From NCBI GenBank assembly GCA_041736175.1, contig JBGSUI010000091.1, positions 1 to 17,802 on the forward strand: a stretch of DNA of 17,802 nucleotides, in the 5' to 3' direction. Positions within the stretch are counted from its first letter, which is position 1; every line of letters starts with the position of its first letter. The stretch is from Oligoflexales bacterium. GTDB taxonomy: Bacteria; Bdellovibrionota_B; Oligoflexia; Oligoflexales; CAIYRB01. A program made the position numbers and the translations under genes. This document shows, one piece after another, positions 7,771 through 15,932 of this stretch. Under the pieces are notes generated by a model. It was not told the origin of the DNA, searched no databases, and saw only the letters and a program-made list of their open reading frames with translations.

Positions 7771-9111
7771 TTGAACCCATTCCCCACATTTTTTAGAAAT
7801 CATGCCTCTATTCTCCCATACGGGCGAGGGTTCCAGCAAACCGGGTGGGTTCGCCTCACCTTCCTGCTTTTGGCTCACTTTATCATAGGCCTGCTGATAG
7901 GGGGCCCGCGCCTCAAGGCCACCCCACTCTTAGCCCTAAAGGAAGCGCAAAACTGCCAGGGTTGTCACAATCCAGGCCGCGGCCAGCGCCCGGTCCTCGA
8001 CCGCCGCTGTACGCTCGACTGCCAGGGATGCCATATCGATCCATCTGGGGCTGGGGCACGCAATCAATGGGGCTATTATTACAGCCAAGACCAACTCGCA
8101 CTATTTAACTTTTACAAACCCATCGACCCCCTCAAAGATACCAGCCGGTTTGATCTGCACTACGATGGGCGCATCATCCAGCGAGAGACCCCCGCGGGAC
8201 AGCGAACCTTTCCCATGTCATCTGAGCTAACCTTAAGGTTACGACCGTTTATTGAATATCTCCATGTGACCTACTCGGGTCTCTATATGGGGAGGATTGG
8301 GGACCAGAGCTTCCAAGCCGCTCGGGACGATGAGCGACGCTATATGGAAAAATACTCGGTGATGATCGACAACCTACCTATGGCCCTCTATGTGCGAGCC
8401 GCCCGTGGCCAGCCGGTCTACGGTCTGCGCCGACCAAACCATAGCCTTTGGATCCGCGAACGGATTGGCCTTGACCAATCTGCCCTCACCGACGGGGTCG
8501 ACTTTGGTGGCACTCCTAACGTGCCTTTTATCCGAGGCTCCATCATGCAAGGGGATCCCCGCGTGCCCCCCGAAGACCGGCAGGTGGGGACCACGGTCCA
8601 CGGCGGCCTGCGGGGCGTTACCTTGGGATGGCACCTTAACGGCAGTGCATGGGATAGCCAATCTAAGAAAAACCAAATCCGTATGCGTGCCCTCGGTGCG
8701 GGGCTACGTCCGTGGAAGTTTATTTTAATGGGAGAACGCAACTTTAGAACCGTTACCACCCTCACACCCGTCGGAGATACCAGTGGATGGGAAAGCCTTT
8801 CGAGCCGGATCCACCCTTCTTCGCAGATCGACGAATGGACCGTGGCCTTTGATGGCATCCCTGGCTTGATCCTGGGCTCCGTTTACGAAACCCTTGAGGA
8901 ATATCCATTGGATCTTCCGGGGTCTACCACCTCTGAAGAGGGGGCCGCACCGGTACGGGCCATGGGGCGAACCCGGTCTAAGCGGCGCAGTCTGTTTGTG
9001 GATTTTCATCCAGTCCCTAACCTTCAGGTGGAATTTTGGCAGCGCCAGGAAACGGGAAGCCGAGACTTAAGAGATGTCCTCCTAGTGGCCCATCTCTACG
9101 GCGATTTTTAA
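7771..9111 (+). CDS. diheme cytochrome c fused to a predicted outer-membrane beta-barrel (Cyc2-like architecture), up to 446 aa
   Basis: Signal-like hydrophobic stretch ending LKA|TP. Two CQGCH motifs at 7954-7968 and 8020-8034. Many amphipathic beta-strand-like segments and a C-terminal VAHLYGDF ending in Phe. The start codon is uncertain. Confidence 0.75.
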   Translation: MNPFPTFFRNHASILPYGRGFQQTGWVRLTFLLLAHFIIGLLIGGPRLKATPLLALKEAQNCQGCHNPGRGQRPVLDRRCTLDCQGCHIDPSGAGARNQWGYYYSQDQLALFNFYKPIDPLKDTSRFDLHYDGRIIQRETPAGQRTFPMSSELTLRLRPFIEYLHVTYSGLYMGRIGDQSFQAARDDERRYMEKYSVMIDNLPMALYVRAARGQPVYGLRRPNHSLWIRERIGLDQSALTDGVDFGGTPNVPFIRGSIMQGDPRVPPEDRQVGTTVHGGLRGVTLGWHLNGSAWDSQSKKNQIRMRALGAGLRPWKFILMGERNFRTVTTLTPVGDTSGWESLSSRIHPSSQIDEWTVAFDGIPGLILGSVYETLEEYPLDLPGSTTSEEGAAPVRAMGRTRSKRRSLFVDFHPVPNLQVEFWQRQETGSRDLRDVLLVAHLYGDF

Positions 9112-9180
9112 GAGGAGCGGCTTGAGCCACTCCTTGTGCATAAGCAGCTATCCATGATAATTGCTTACAATGTTTCGAAG

Positions 9181-9230
9181 AGCCTAGCACTGCCTGAGAT
9201 TACCTGACAAAACCTGATCGTACCTGATCA
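9181..9230 (+). repeat. 10-bp-period degenerate direct repeats upstream of the ABC operon
   Basis: AGCCTAGCAC TGCCTGAGAT TACCTGACAA AACCTGATCG TACCTGATCA. CCTGA recurs at 9193, 9203, 9213 and 9223. Confidence 0.75.
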
Positions 9231-9249
9231 TATAGGAAAGGAACGTTTG

Positions 9250-10938
9250 ATGCATCGACTTGGGTGGTTAGTCTTTTGTGGATTTCTTTTTACGACAGGA
9301 CTCGCTCCTCTAGCTCAAGGAGCTTTTAAAGGGGTTGCACCTACACCTTTACCTGATCGAACCCAGATCTTAACCTATGCTGCCGCATCGTTTCCTAAGA
9401 CCCTAAATCCCGCCCTCGTATCCACCGCTGACGAAGTCGCTATCGTCAGCGATATGACCGTCTTTGACTATCTGCTGGCGACGGATCCCGATACGGGTGA
9501 GGCAGTCTGTTGGCTGTGCAAAGACTATAGCTACGACCCCAAAGATCGAAAGGTGATCACCATAAACCTCCGCGAAGGAGTCACCTTTCATGACGGCAAA
9601 CCCTTGACTGCCCAGGACGTAGGATTTTCTTTCGACGCGATGCTCCATCCCAAAGTCGACAATATGAACATCAAGTCGTCCCTAAGCGCGACCGTCGACA
9701 AAGTCGAGGTCATATCTCCGACTCAGGTTAAAATCACTTTTAAAAAAGAACGATTTAACAATATCTACAACCTCGCTATGGTTCCCATTCTACCTAAACA
9801 TCTGTTTCCCTACTTCGACAAAAATCCAGAGCAGTTCAATAGAGACACCAAATTTGGAAGGCACCCCACTGGTTCCGGGCCCTATGTGTTTAGCAAATGG
9901 GACAACAACAAATATGTGGAGCTGGAGCGAAATGAACTTTGGTGGGGCTTTAAGGACCCCCAGTTCGCAAATCTCTTTAACTTTAAAAAAATCAGATTTA
10001 AGTTTATCACCAACGACAATGTGATGCTCCAATCCTTTAAAAAAGGGGATTTTGATTACTTTCCGATGCAGTCCTTTCAATACGACACCATGCGTAAGGA
10101 GCCCCCCTCCGAAAAGCACAGCATCAGCCACCTTAAGCCCAAGATCAGCAGCGGATTTATGTGGATCGTGCTGAATACCCGCCAAGGGAGGTTTAGCGAC
10201 CCTAAGACTCGCCAAGCCCTTGGACTCCTCACGGACCGTAAGTCAACCCTCGAAAAATTCTCTAAAGGACTGCGCCCGATGACCAATGGGCCTTGGGGCA
10301 TCGACTCACCCATGCAGTGCCCTCCCGACAAATGCCCCATCCAGCCCTATGATCCAGAAGCTGCGAAAAAGCTCCTCAAAGAAGCGGGATGGGCCGATAC
10401 GGATAGCGATGGTTGCCTCGATCGTACTCTCCAAGGGGAAAAACAGGTGCTTAACTTTACCATCCTGGCGAGAGAGGAGGATTACGCTCGAAACGTGCTG
10501 GGCGTCTACACCTCCTCCATGAAAAAGGCGGGCGTCTGTGCTCAGGCAAAACTTCTGGATTGGTCCGCTTCCATGAAGTTGATCGATGAGCTTAACTTTG
10601 ACGCCCAATTAAGCGGATTTCAGTCGGGATACCCCGTGGAGCCCCGCAGTATGTTCCATTCCGAGGGGGCTAAGGCAACCGGTAGCAACCACGCTGGGGT
10701 CAAGGACCCGGAGATCGATCAACTGATCGAAACCTTTGAGACCACCTTTGACGGCAAAGAACGGGATAAAATCGGCCAAAAGATCCACGAACGCCTCTAC
10801 AACCTTTACCCCGCCATTTGGCACCATGAAACGGGCGGCTGTTTTGTCGGCTACCGCAAGGAGCTTAAAGGGGTTGAGGTCGCCCCCTATAGTGGCACCT
10901 GCATCTTTTGGCCCCGTTGGTACAAGGTGAAAGCGTGA
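9250..10938 (+). CDS. ABC transporter peptide/nickel-family substrate-binding protein (SBP family 5; OppA/DppA/YejA-like)
   Basis: Signal peptide ending AQG-A. LREGVTFHDGKPLTAQDVGFS family-5 signature, PTGSGPY and YDPEAAKKLLKEAGW. GGAAAGGAA RBS. The start is ATG 9250 or TTG 9247. Confidence 0.93.
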   Translation: MHRLGWLVFCGFLFTTGLAPLAQGAFKGVAPTPLPDRTQILTYAAASFPKTLNPALVSTADEVAIVSDMTVFDYLLATDPDTGEAVCWLCKDYSYDPKDRKVITINLREGVTFHDGKPLTAQDVGFSFDAMLHPKVDNMNIKSSLSATVDKVEVISPTQVKITFKKERFNNIYNLAMVPILPKHLFPYFDKNPEQFNRDTKFGRHPTGSGPYVFSKWDNNKYVELERNELWWGFKDPQFANLFNFKKIRFKFITNDNVMLQSFKKGDFDYFPMQSFQYDTMRKEPPSEKHSISHLKPKISSGFMWIVLNTRQGRFSDPKTRQALGLLTDRKSTLEKFSKGLRPMTNGPWGIDSPMQCPPDKCPIQPYDPEAAKKLLKEAGWADTDSDGCLDRTLQGEKQVLNFTILAREEDYARNVLGVYTSSMKKAGVCAQAKLLDWSASMKLIDELNFDAQLSGFQSGYPVEPRSMFHSEGAKATGSNHAGVKDPEIDQLIETFETTFDGKERDKIGQKIHERLYNLYPAIWHHETGGCFVGYRKELKGVEVAPYSGTCIFWPRWYKVKA

Positions 10939-11933
10939 CGACTTATATTTTGAGGCGGTTATTGCTGCTGATCCCCACCTTTTTCCTGGTGACTCTGGTC
11001 TCCTTTTTTATGATGCAGCTAGCCCCCGGTGGCCCCCTGGAGACCAAGCTAAGGCGCGGCGGGGCGGGGGGCGAAACCTCCCAGTCCCAAACCGTCACGG
11101 CTGAGGCTAAGGCAGCTATCACTAAACTCTATGGGTTTGACCAGCCCATCTCCGTTCGTTACTGGATTTGGGTCAAAAAAATCCTTGCTTTGGATTTTGG
11201 GGAGTCTCTCTTTGAATACCGTCCGGTTTCTGAAATGATCGGCGAAAAACTCCTCATCGCGCTCCTCTTTGGAGTCCCCGCTACCATTGTCTCTTATATC
11301 CTGTCGATTGTTGTGGGAGTGACAAAATCCATCTACCAGGGTTCGTGGTTTGACAAAGGCTCGACGATGATCTTTTTTGGGCTCTACTCCATCCCCTCGA
11401 TGGTGGTGGGAATGGTCCTGATTGTGGTGTTTAGCGTCAAACTGGATCTCTTGCCGGTGATTGGCCTCCACGATGACCAGGCAGATACATTTCCTCTCAT
11501 GGAGTACCTTTTGGATTTGGGCAAACACCTGGTACTACCCTTTACCTGTTATGTGATTGGGTCTTTTGCTTTCTTGACTGAACTCACCAAAAAATCCATG
11601 TTGGAAGAGCTTTCCAAAGATTACATTAGGACAGCATGGGCTAAGGGAGCCAGTGAATCCACTGTTTACTTTAAACATGCCTTTCGCAACGCCCTGATCC
11701 CACTGGTCACCAGCCTTCGAAACGTCCTTGTCGGATTTCTAGGGGCCAGCTTTATCATTGAGATGATGTTTACCATTCCGGGACTTGGATATTTAGGTTA
11801 TACCGCACTGCTCAATCGCGATTATCCGGTGATTATGGCTAATCTCACCCTTACCGCGGTGCTTGGAATGGTGAGCATGCTGATTGCCGATGTCCTTTAC
11901 ACTTCAGTCGATCCACGCATCGACTTAGATTGA
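10935..11933 (+). CDS. ABC transporter permease (OppB/YejB-like)
   Basis: GTG start overlapping the upstream TGA (GTGA). YILRRLLLLIPT, APGGP, the EAA loop DYIRTAWAKG, HAFRNALIP, RDYPVI and VDPRI. Confidence 0.93.
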   Translation: MTTYILRRLLLLIPTFFLVTLVSFFMMQLAPGGPLETKLRRGGAGGETSQSQTVTAEAKAAITKLYGFDQPISVRYWIWVKKILALDFGESLFEYRPVSEMIGEKLLIALLFGVPATIVSYILSIVVGVTKSIYQGSWFDKGSTMIFFGLYSIPSMVVGMVLIVVFSVKLDLLPVIGLHDDQADTFPLMEYLLDLGKHLVLPFTCYVIGSFAFLTELTKKSMLEELSKDYIRTAWAKGASESTVYFKHAFRNALIPLVTSLRNVLVGFLGASFIIEMMFTIPGLGYLGYTALLNRDYPVIMANLTLTAVLGMVSMLIADVLYTSVDPRIDLD

Positions 11934-11940
11934 ATGGTCC

Positions 11941-13182
11941 ATGACACAAACCGTAACACCGTCCGTCACAAAGCCCCTCAAAGCTCCCGTCCCGCTGGAC
12001 GCAAGGCGTGGTCTATTTTGGCGGCGGTTTCGAGCCAACAAAGTCGCTTGGATTTCCAGTTGGCTTTTTATGGGCCTGCTCCTTTTCAGTGCCCTCGCCA
12101 ATGTGACCGCTAACGATCGTCCCGTTGTGATGAAGTTTTATGGACAATGGTTTTTTCCAGCTTTTTTTGATTATCTTCCCAGCAAGCTCTACCAGCCTCC
12201 CCAAGACCTGGCGCATCCCGATACGGATGGTGACTCCTCCTGGTCCCAACAATTCGTGGTGGACTACTGGTCCATCCAGCCTGATATCGAACAACATGGC
12301 TGGGCCTTGTGGCCGCTATTAAACCAAAGGCCCTTTGAGTCTAACCTGGATTTTCCCGAACTACCGGCACCTCCTGGATCTCGGTCACAATTCACCCTCA
12401 AGTCGCCTATCAGCCAGGTCGAGCACCAGCGCAATGTTACCCATATCCTGGGGACAGACACCTCTGGTCGGGACCTGCTCACCAGGATCATCTACGGCTG
12501 CCGCACCTCGCTCTTGATGGCCGTGGTGACCACACTGCTAGCCATGTTCTTTGGCGTCGCCCTTGGACTAGTGATGGGTTTTTGGGGTGGCTGGTTTGAT
12601 ATGATTATGGGACGCATCTTAGAGGCGATCGGCTACTTTCCGGTGATTTTTATGATCATCATCCTCGTTGCCTTTTTGGAAAACCCTGGGATCTCGGGGA
12701 TCATCGCTATTTTTGTTTTACTCAATCTCGCTCCTTTTGCTTTTTATATGCGCGGCCAAGTTCTTTCGGTCCGTCGACTAGCCTATATCGAAGCCGCTCG
12801 CTCCCTAGGCCAACGTCCCTGGTCGATTATGTTCAAACATATTCTCCCTAACTCCTTTGGTCCGATCATGGTCCTTGTGCCCTTTTCGATCACTTCGGAT
12901 ATCTCTTTTTTAGCGACCATTGATTTCCTAGGTTTTGGGGTCCAGCCTCCGACCGCGAGTCTCGGATCGATCCTGAGATCTGGATTTGATCAGATCGAAC
13001 AGCGGTGGTGGCTTGTCCTCGATACGTCCCTAGTGTTGATAGGGATCCTGGTCCTTATAAACTTTATCGGCGACGGCGTCCGGGATGGCCTGGACCCCCA
13101 TGCCCAACCAAACAAAAAAGCATTTCAGCGTTGGGTCAACCAACAAAAAGCCAAGGCCACCGACAATGCCCCCCATCTATAA
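11941..13182 (+). CDS. ABC transporter permease (OppC/YejE-like)
   Basis: WRRFRANK, the YejE-like NDRPVV..YGQWFFP, HILGTDTSGRD, YIEAARSLG, HILPN and GDGVRDGLDP. Confidence 0.93.
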   Translation: MTQTVTPSVTKPLKAPVPLDARRGLFWRRFRANKVAWISSWLFMGLLLFSALANVTANDRPVVMKFYGQWFFPAFFDYLPSKLYQPPQDLAHPDTDGDSSWSQQFVVDYWSIQPDIEQHGWALWPLLNQRPFESNLDFPELPAPPGSRSQFTLKSPISQVEHQRNVTHILGTDTSGRDLLTRIIYGCRTSLLMAVVTTLLAMFFGVALGLVMGFWGGWFDMIMGRILEAIGYFPVIFMIIILVAFLENPGISGIIAIFVLLNLAPFAFYMRGQVLSVRRLAYIEAARSLGQRPWSIMFKHILPNSFGPIMVLVPFSITSDISFLATIDFLGFGVQPPTASLGSILRSGFDQIEQRWWLVLDTSLVLIGILVLINFIGDGVRDGLDPHAQPNKKAFQRWVNQQKAKATDNAPHL

Positions 13183-13867
13183 AAACCAACTCTCCCTTAT
13201 CTTGCTGGCCATAGGGATCACCTTGATGCCCCTCTCGGTGACCACGGGTTTTCTGGCCTACCGAGCCCTTACGGAATCCAGCCGTTACTTGGATGCACCT
13301 CTGTTAGACAAGGCTAAACAGCACGCTAAAATCAAACAGTTTAGTATTTATAAAGTGTCGGGTAGCTTAAAAGGGGACCTGCTTAATCCTCCTGAATACC
13401 CTGAAGTCAAAGATGCCCTTTGGTACCGGGTCGTTAGCGAACGTCGACCTTCTCCCAGCGCACCTTGGCACCGGGATACCACCACAACCCTCGTCGCCCA
13501 GCGGGTGCAGCAATTTACCATCGATGGCGAGGCTGTAGAGGTTGGGTTGCTCTCTAAAGTTGCGCTTCCCATCATCCAAGTCCACAGAGATCTAGGTCCC
13601 TTTCATCGTCTGTCGGTCGAGTATAAATCCGTGACTGCGCTTAAGGGACCTCTTACCGCTATCGGGTATCAGAAACAAGGAAAGCTTGGCGACGGGATCT
13701 TTGAAAGGTTACTGGTCTTAGACCCGGAGGATCAGGAGTCGGTGCTGACACAAATAACCCGCAAGGGTTACCACAAAGGAATCTTTTTAGGGGGGATCAG
13801 TGGAATATTCCTTGGACTGATGATAGCCATGATTCCCTTTAGCCGTAGGTTGGCGGCTCCTAGCTAA
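13166..13867 (+). CDS. hypothetical membrane protein with two TM helices (loose GIDE-domain-like pattern)
   Basis: The ATG at 13166 overlaps the permease 3' end by 17 nt. N- and C-terminal hydrophobic helices flank a beta-rich soluble domain (KVSG..L..P...LWYRVVSE...W...F.I). Confidence 0.7.
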   Translation: MPPIYKNQLSLILLAIGITLMPLSVTTGFLAYRALTESSRYLDAPLLDKAKQHAKIKQFSIYKVSGSLKGDLLNPPEYPEVKDALWYRVVSERRPSPSAPWHRDTTTTLVAQRVQQFTIDGEAVEVGLLSKVALPIIQVHRDLGPFHRLSVEYKSVTALKGPLTAIGYQKQGKLGDGIFERLLVLDPEDQESVLTQITRKGYHKGIFLGGISGIFLGLMIAMIPFSRRLAAPS

Positions 13868-13988
13868 GGGCTCACCTGTCCTAATTTAGATTCTAATTAC
13901 AGTCAGTTAAATTACAAACCTGTTTTGCCTATAGCCTACTGATAACCCCAAACCTAAGTCACTTCCCAAGTCCTTCTAATAAAGGACT

Positions 13989-14015
13989 TAAGATCCTCTC
14001 GGAATAAACCGAAAA
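13989..14015 (+). promoter_or_regulatory. possible sigma28 (FliA)-like promoter
   Basis: TAAG-N15-ACCGAAAA, compared with the consensus TAAA-N15-GCCGATAA, about 45 nt upstream of the CDS at 14061. Confidence 0.4.
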
Positions 14016-14060
14016 TAATATGGGGCTAAGCGACAAACACAGACTAGGGGGAAATACGGA

Positions 14061-15932
14061 TTGGGGGCTATCATCATTCCAAAAAAAAATCCAGCCAATG
14101 GAACTCCTAAAGAGTCGAGTCCTGGTCTATCCGATTCAGCACCCAACGAAGTTTCAGATCATAAAGCCAATCTTAGGTCAGCGGCTGTCAATATCTCACT
14201 GGTCGAGGCCCCCAGCAGTTCAACCAACTCAAAACAAAACGTCACGGTAGCCTTCGAACAAAAAAAGCTCGCAGAAATGACCGCTAAAGTCGAGGTGTTA
14301 AACTTTGAAATCGACGAAAAAAATCGACTTATTACCCAGCTTAGACGTGAATACGAAGTTCTCACTGCAGACTCCCAATCAATCGAACAGAAAAATCGAA
14401 ATCTTGAATTTAGCTTACAAAAAAACCGTACCTTGCTCGATCAGCTCAATGCAAGTATCGCAAGCCAAACCGCAAAGCAAGATTCACTGATTAAAACCAT
14501 TGAATTGTACGAACAACAAGCGATTGAAAAAAAGGAAAGCTGCCACCAACAAATAGCCACATTATCTGCCGAACTCTTTGAAGATCTAGAACGTATCCAG
14601 GCACTTAAGCGGCAGGTCAAAGAAACCGCCCGCGCCGAGATCGAAAAAGAAAGAGATGCTGTCCGCGGCGAGGTTGAAGCCTTTAAGGAAGAAGCATGGA
14701 AAAAAGCGCAGTCCGAGATCGAGCGCATCGAAGAAGATCTGCAAAAAAAACGAGCTGAATCCCAAGACGAAGTCCGCCGCATCCTAGACGAGGCTCGGGA
14801 AAAAGGCGCAAAACTTTTGGAGCAGGCCGAGGAGATTTCCTCGGGTCTGCGCCATTCTTCCGAAGAAAAAGCCCGTATCTTAGTCGAACAGGCCCAAGAA
14901 AGGCTGAGTCATACCCAAAGAGAAACTGAGCGAGAAATGGCGGAAGCCCGACGTCGCAGCGACGAGGCGGAGTATGATTTTCTCCAAGAGAAAAATTCGA
15001 CCTTAGCACGGATTAAAAGTATCGAAAAAGAATCCCGCCAGGAGGCCGAGGTGGTGCTCAAACAAGCACAGGTTACGGCAGACGAGGAGCTTAGGAAAGC
15101 GGAATTAAAGGCCACTGATTTGATCAACCAAGGCAATCGACGGGCCACCGAGATTATAAAAGACGCGGACCGGATAGCAGCTGAGATCGTCGATCGTGAA
15201 AAAACCGCACTTGAGGTCCAAAAAAAGATGCATTTTGACACTGTGGAGCGGGTTCGCGCCCTTTCTGCCGAAACCGCCAGAGGTATTCTTGATAAGGCCA
15301 AGATAGAGGCCCACCAATTCCAAATACAAGCCCAAGAACAGGCAAGAGCTTTGCTTCAAAGTGCTAGCGATGACTGCCATACCAAACAAAACGAAGCTTT
15401 AGAGTTTGCTAAGGAAAAGCAACGTGAAGCTGAAAATAATGCCCGTGAAATACTGGAGCGGGCCTCCCATGAAGCCCTTTCGATCGTCGAAAAGGCCAAG
15501 GGACGGGCTCTCAATATTGAATTGATTTTAGAAGAGCCAATGAATAATGCTCGCCGGCAAGCTGATTCCATGATGGCAGAAGTTAAAAACAGATACGACA
15601 ATGTTTTAAACGACATTAGGAATGAAACCGTACGTCTGGAGTCACTAAAAAAGGAAGAAAAAAAGCTAGAATACTCCATCAAGGAGCGTCGCAAAATAGA
15701 TGCGGCAAAAGAACACCAACGCCAAGCCTTCGAACAACAAACCATGAACAAGATCAAAGATGCTCGAAAGACCACGATCCTTATCGCTGCAATCGTCGGG
15801 ATCCTCTTAGGTGTGGTCACTGGACTTACCATCATGAACAACAAAGGCAAATCTGGCAAGCAGAGTCGCCTAGGTCACAGCAGCCCAAGCGCTCCTTTGT
15901 TTGTCGAAACCAACACCTATTCACATTCTTGA
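14061..15932 (+). CDS. long coiled-coil protein with hendecad repeats and a C-terminal TM anchor (623 aa)
   Basis: TTG start after a GGGGGA RBS. E/K/A/R/Q-rich sequence with 11-residue periodicity. Single hydrophobic helix ILIAAIVGILLGVVTGLTIM near the C-terminus. Confidence 0.85.
   Translation: MGAIIIPKKNPANGTPKESSPGLSDSAPNEVSDHKANLRSAAVNISLVEAPSSSTNSKQNVTVAFEQKKLAEMTAKVEVLNFEIDEKNRLITQLRREYEVLTADSQSIEQKNRNLEFSLQKNRTLLDQLNASIASQTAKQDSLIKTIELYEQQAIEKKESCHQQIATLSAELFEDLERIQALKRQVKETARAEIEKERDAVRGEVEAFKEEAWKKAQSEIERIEEDLQKKRAESQDEVRRILDEAREKGAKLLEQAEEISSGLRHSSEEKARILVEQAQERLSHTQRETEREMAEARRRSDEAEYDFLQEKNSTLARIKSIEKESRQEAEVVLKQAQVTADEELRKAELKATDLINQGNRRATEIIKDADRIAAEIVDREKTALEVQKKMHFDTVERVRALSAETARGILDKAKIEAHQFQIQAQEQARALLQSASDDCHTKQNEALEFAKEKQREAENNAREILERASHEALSIVEKAKGRALNIELILEEPMNNARRQADSMMAEVKNRYDNVLNDIRNETVRLESLKKEEKKLEYSIKERRKIDAAKEHQRQAFEQQTMNKIKDARKTTILIAAIVGILLGVVTGLTIMNNKGKSGKQSRLGHSSPSAPLFVETNTYSHS

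Noticed and set aside
7803..7818. GG-N10-GC on the minus strand upstream of the tetraheme gene
   Set aside because: The spacing is right but the TGGCAC and TTGC contexts are missing, so it is too weak to call.
9181..9230. CRISPR array
   Set aside because: The units are 10 bp with no spacers, and there are no cas genes.
10908..10934. Extended N-terminus of the first permease in the ORF track
   Set aside because: The GTG at 10935 overlaps the upstream stop and gives the canonical MxxYILRR start. The 13085 and 5815 starts were shortened for similar reasons.
14159..15859. Multiple antisense ORFs over the coiled-coil gene, and similar shadows over pyrC, the porin and the ABC genes
   Set aside because: They are Ser/Phe/Leu-rich mirror translations of well-supported opposite-strand genes and show no motifs of their own.
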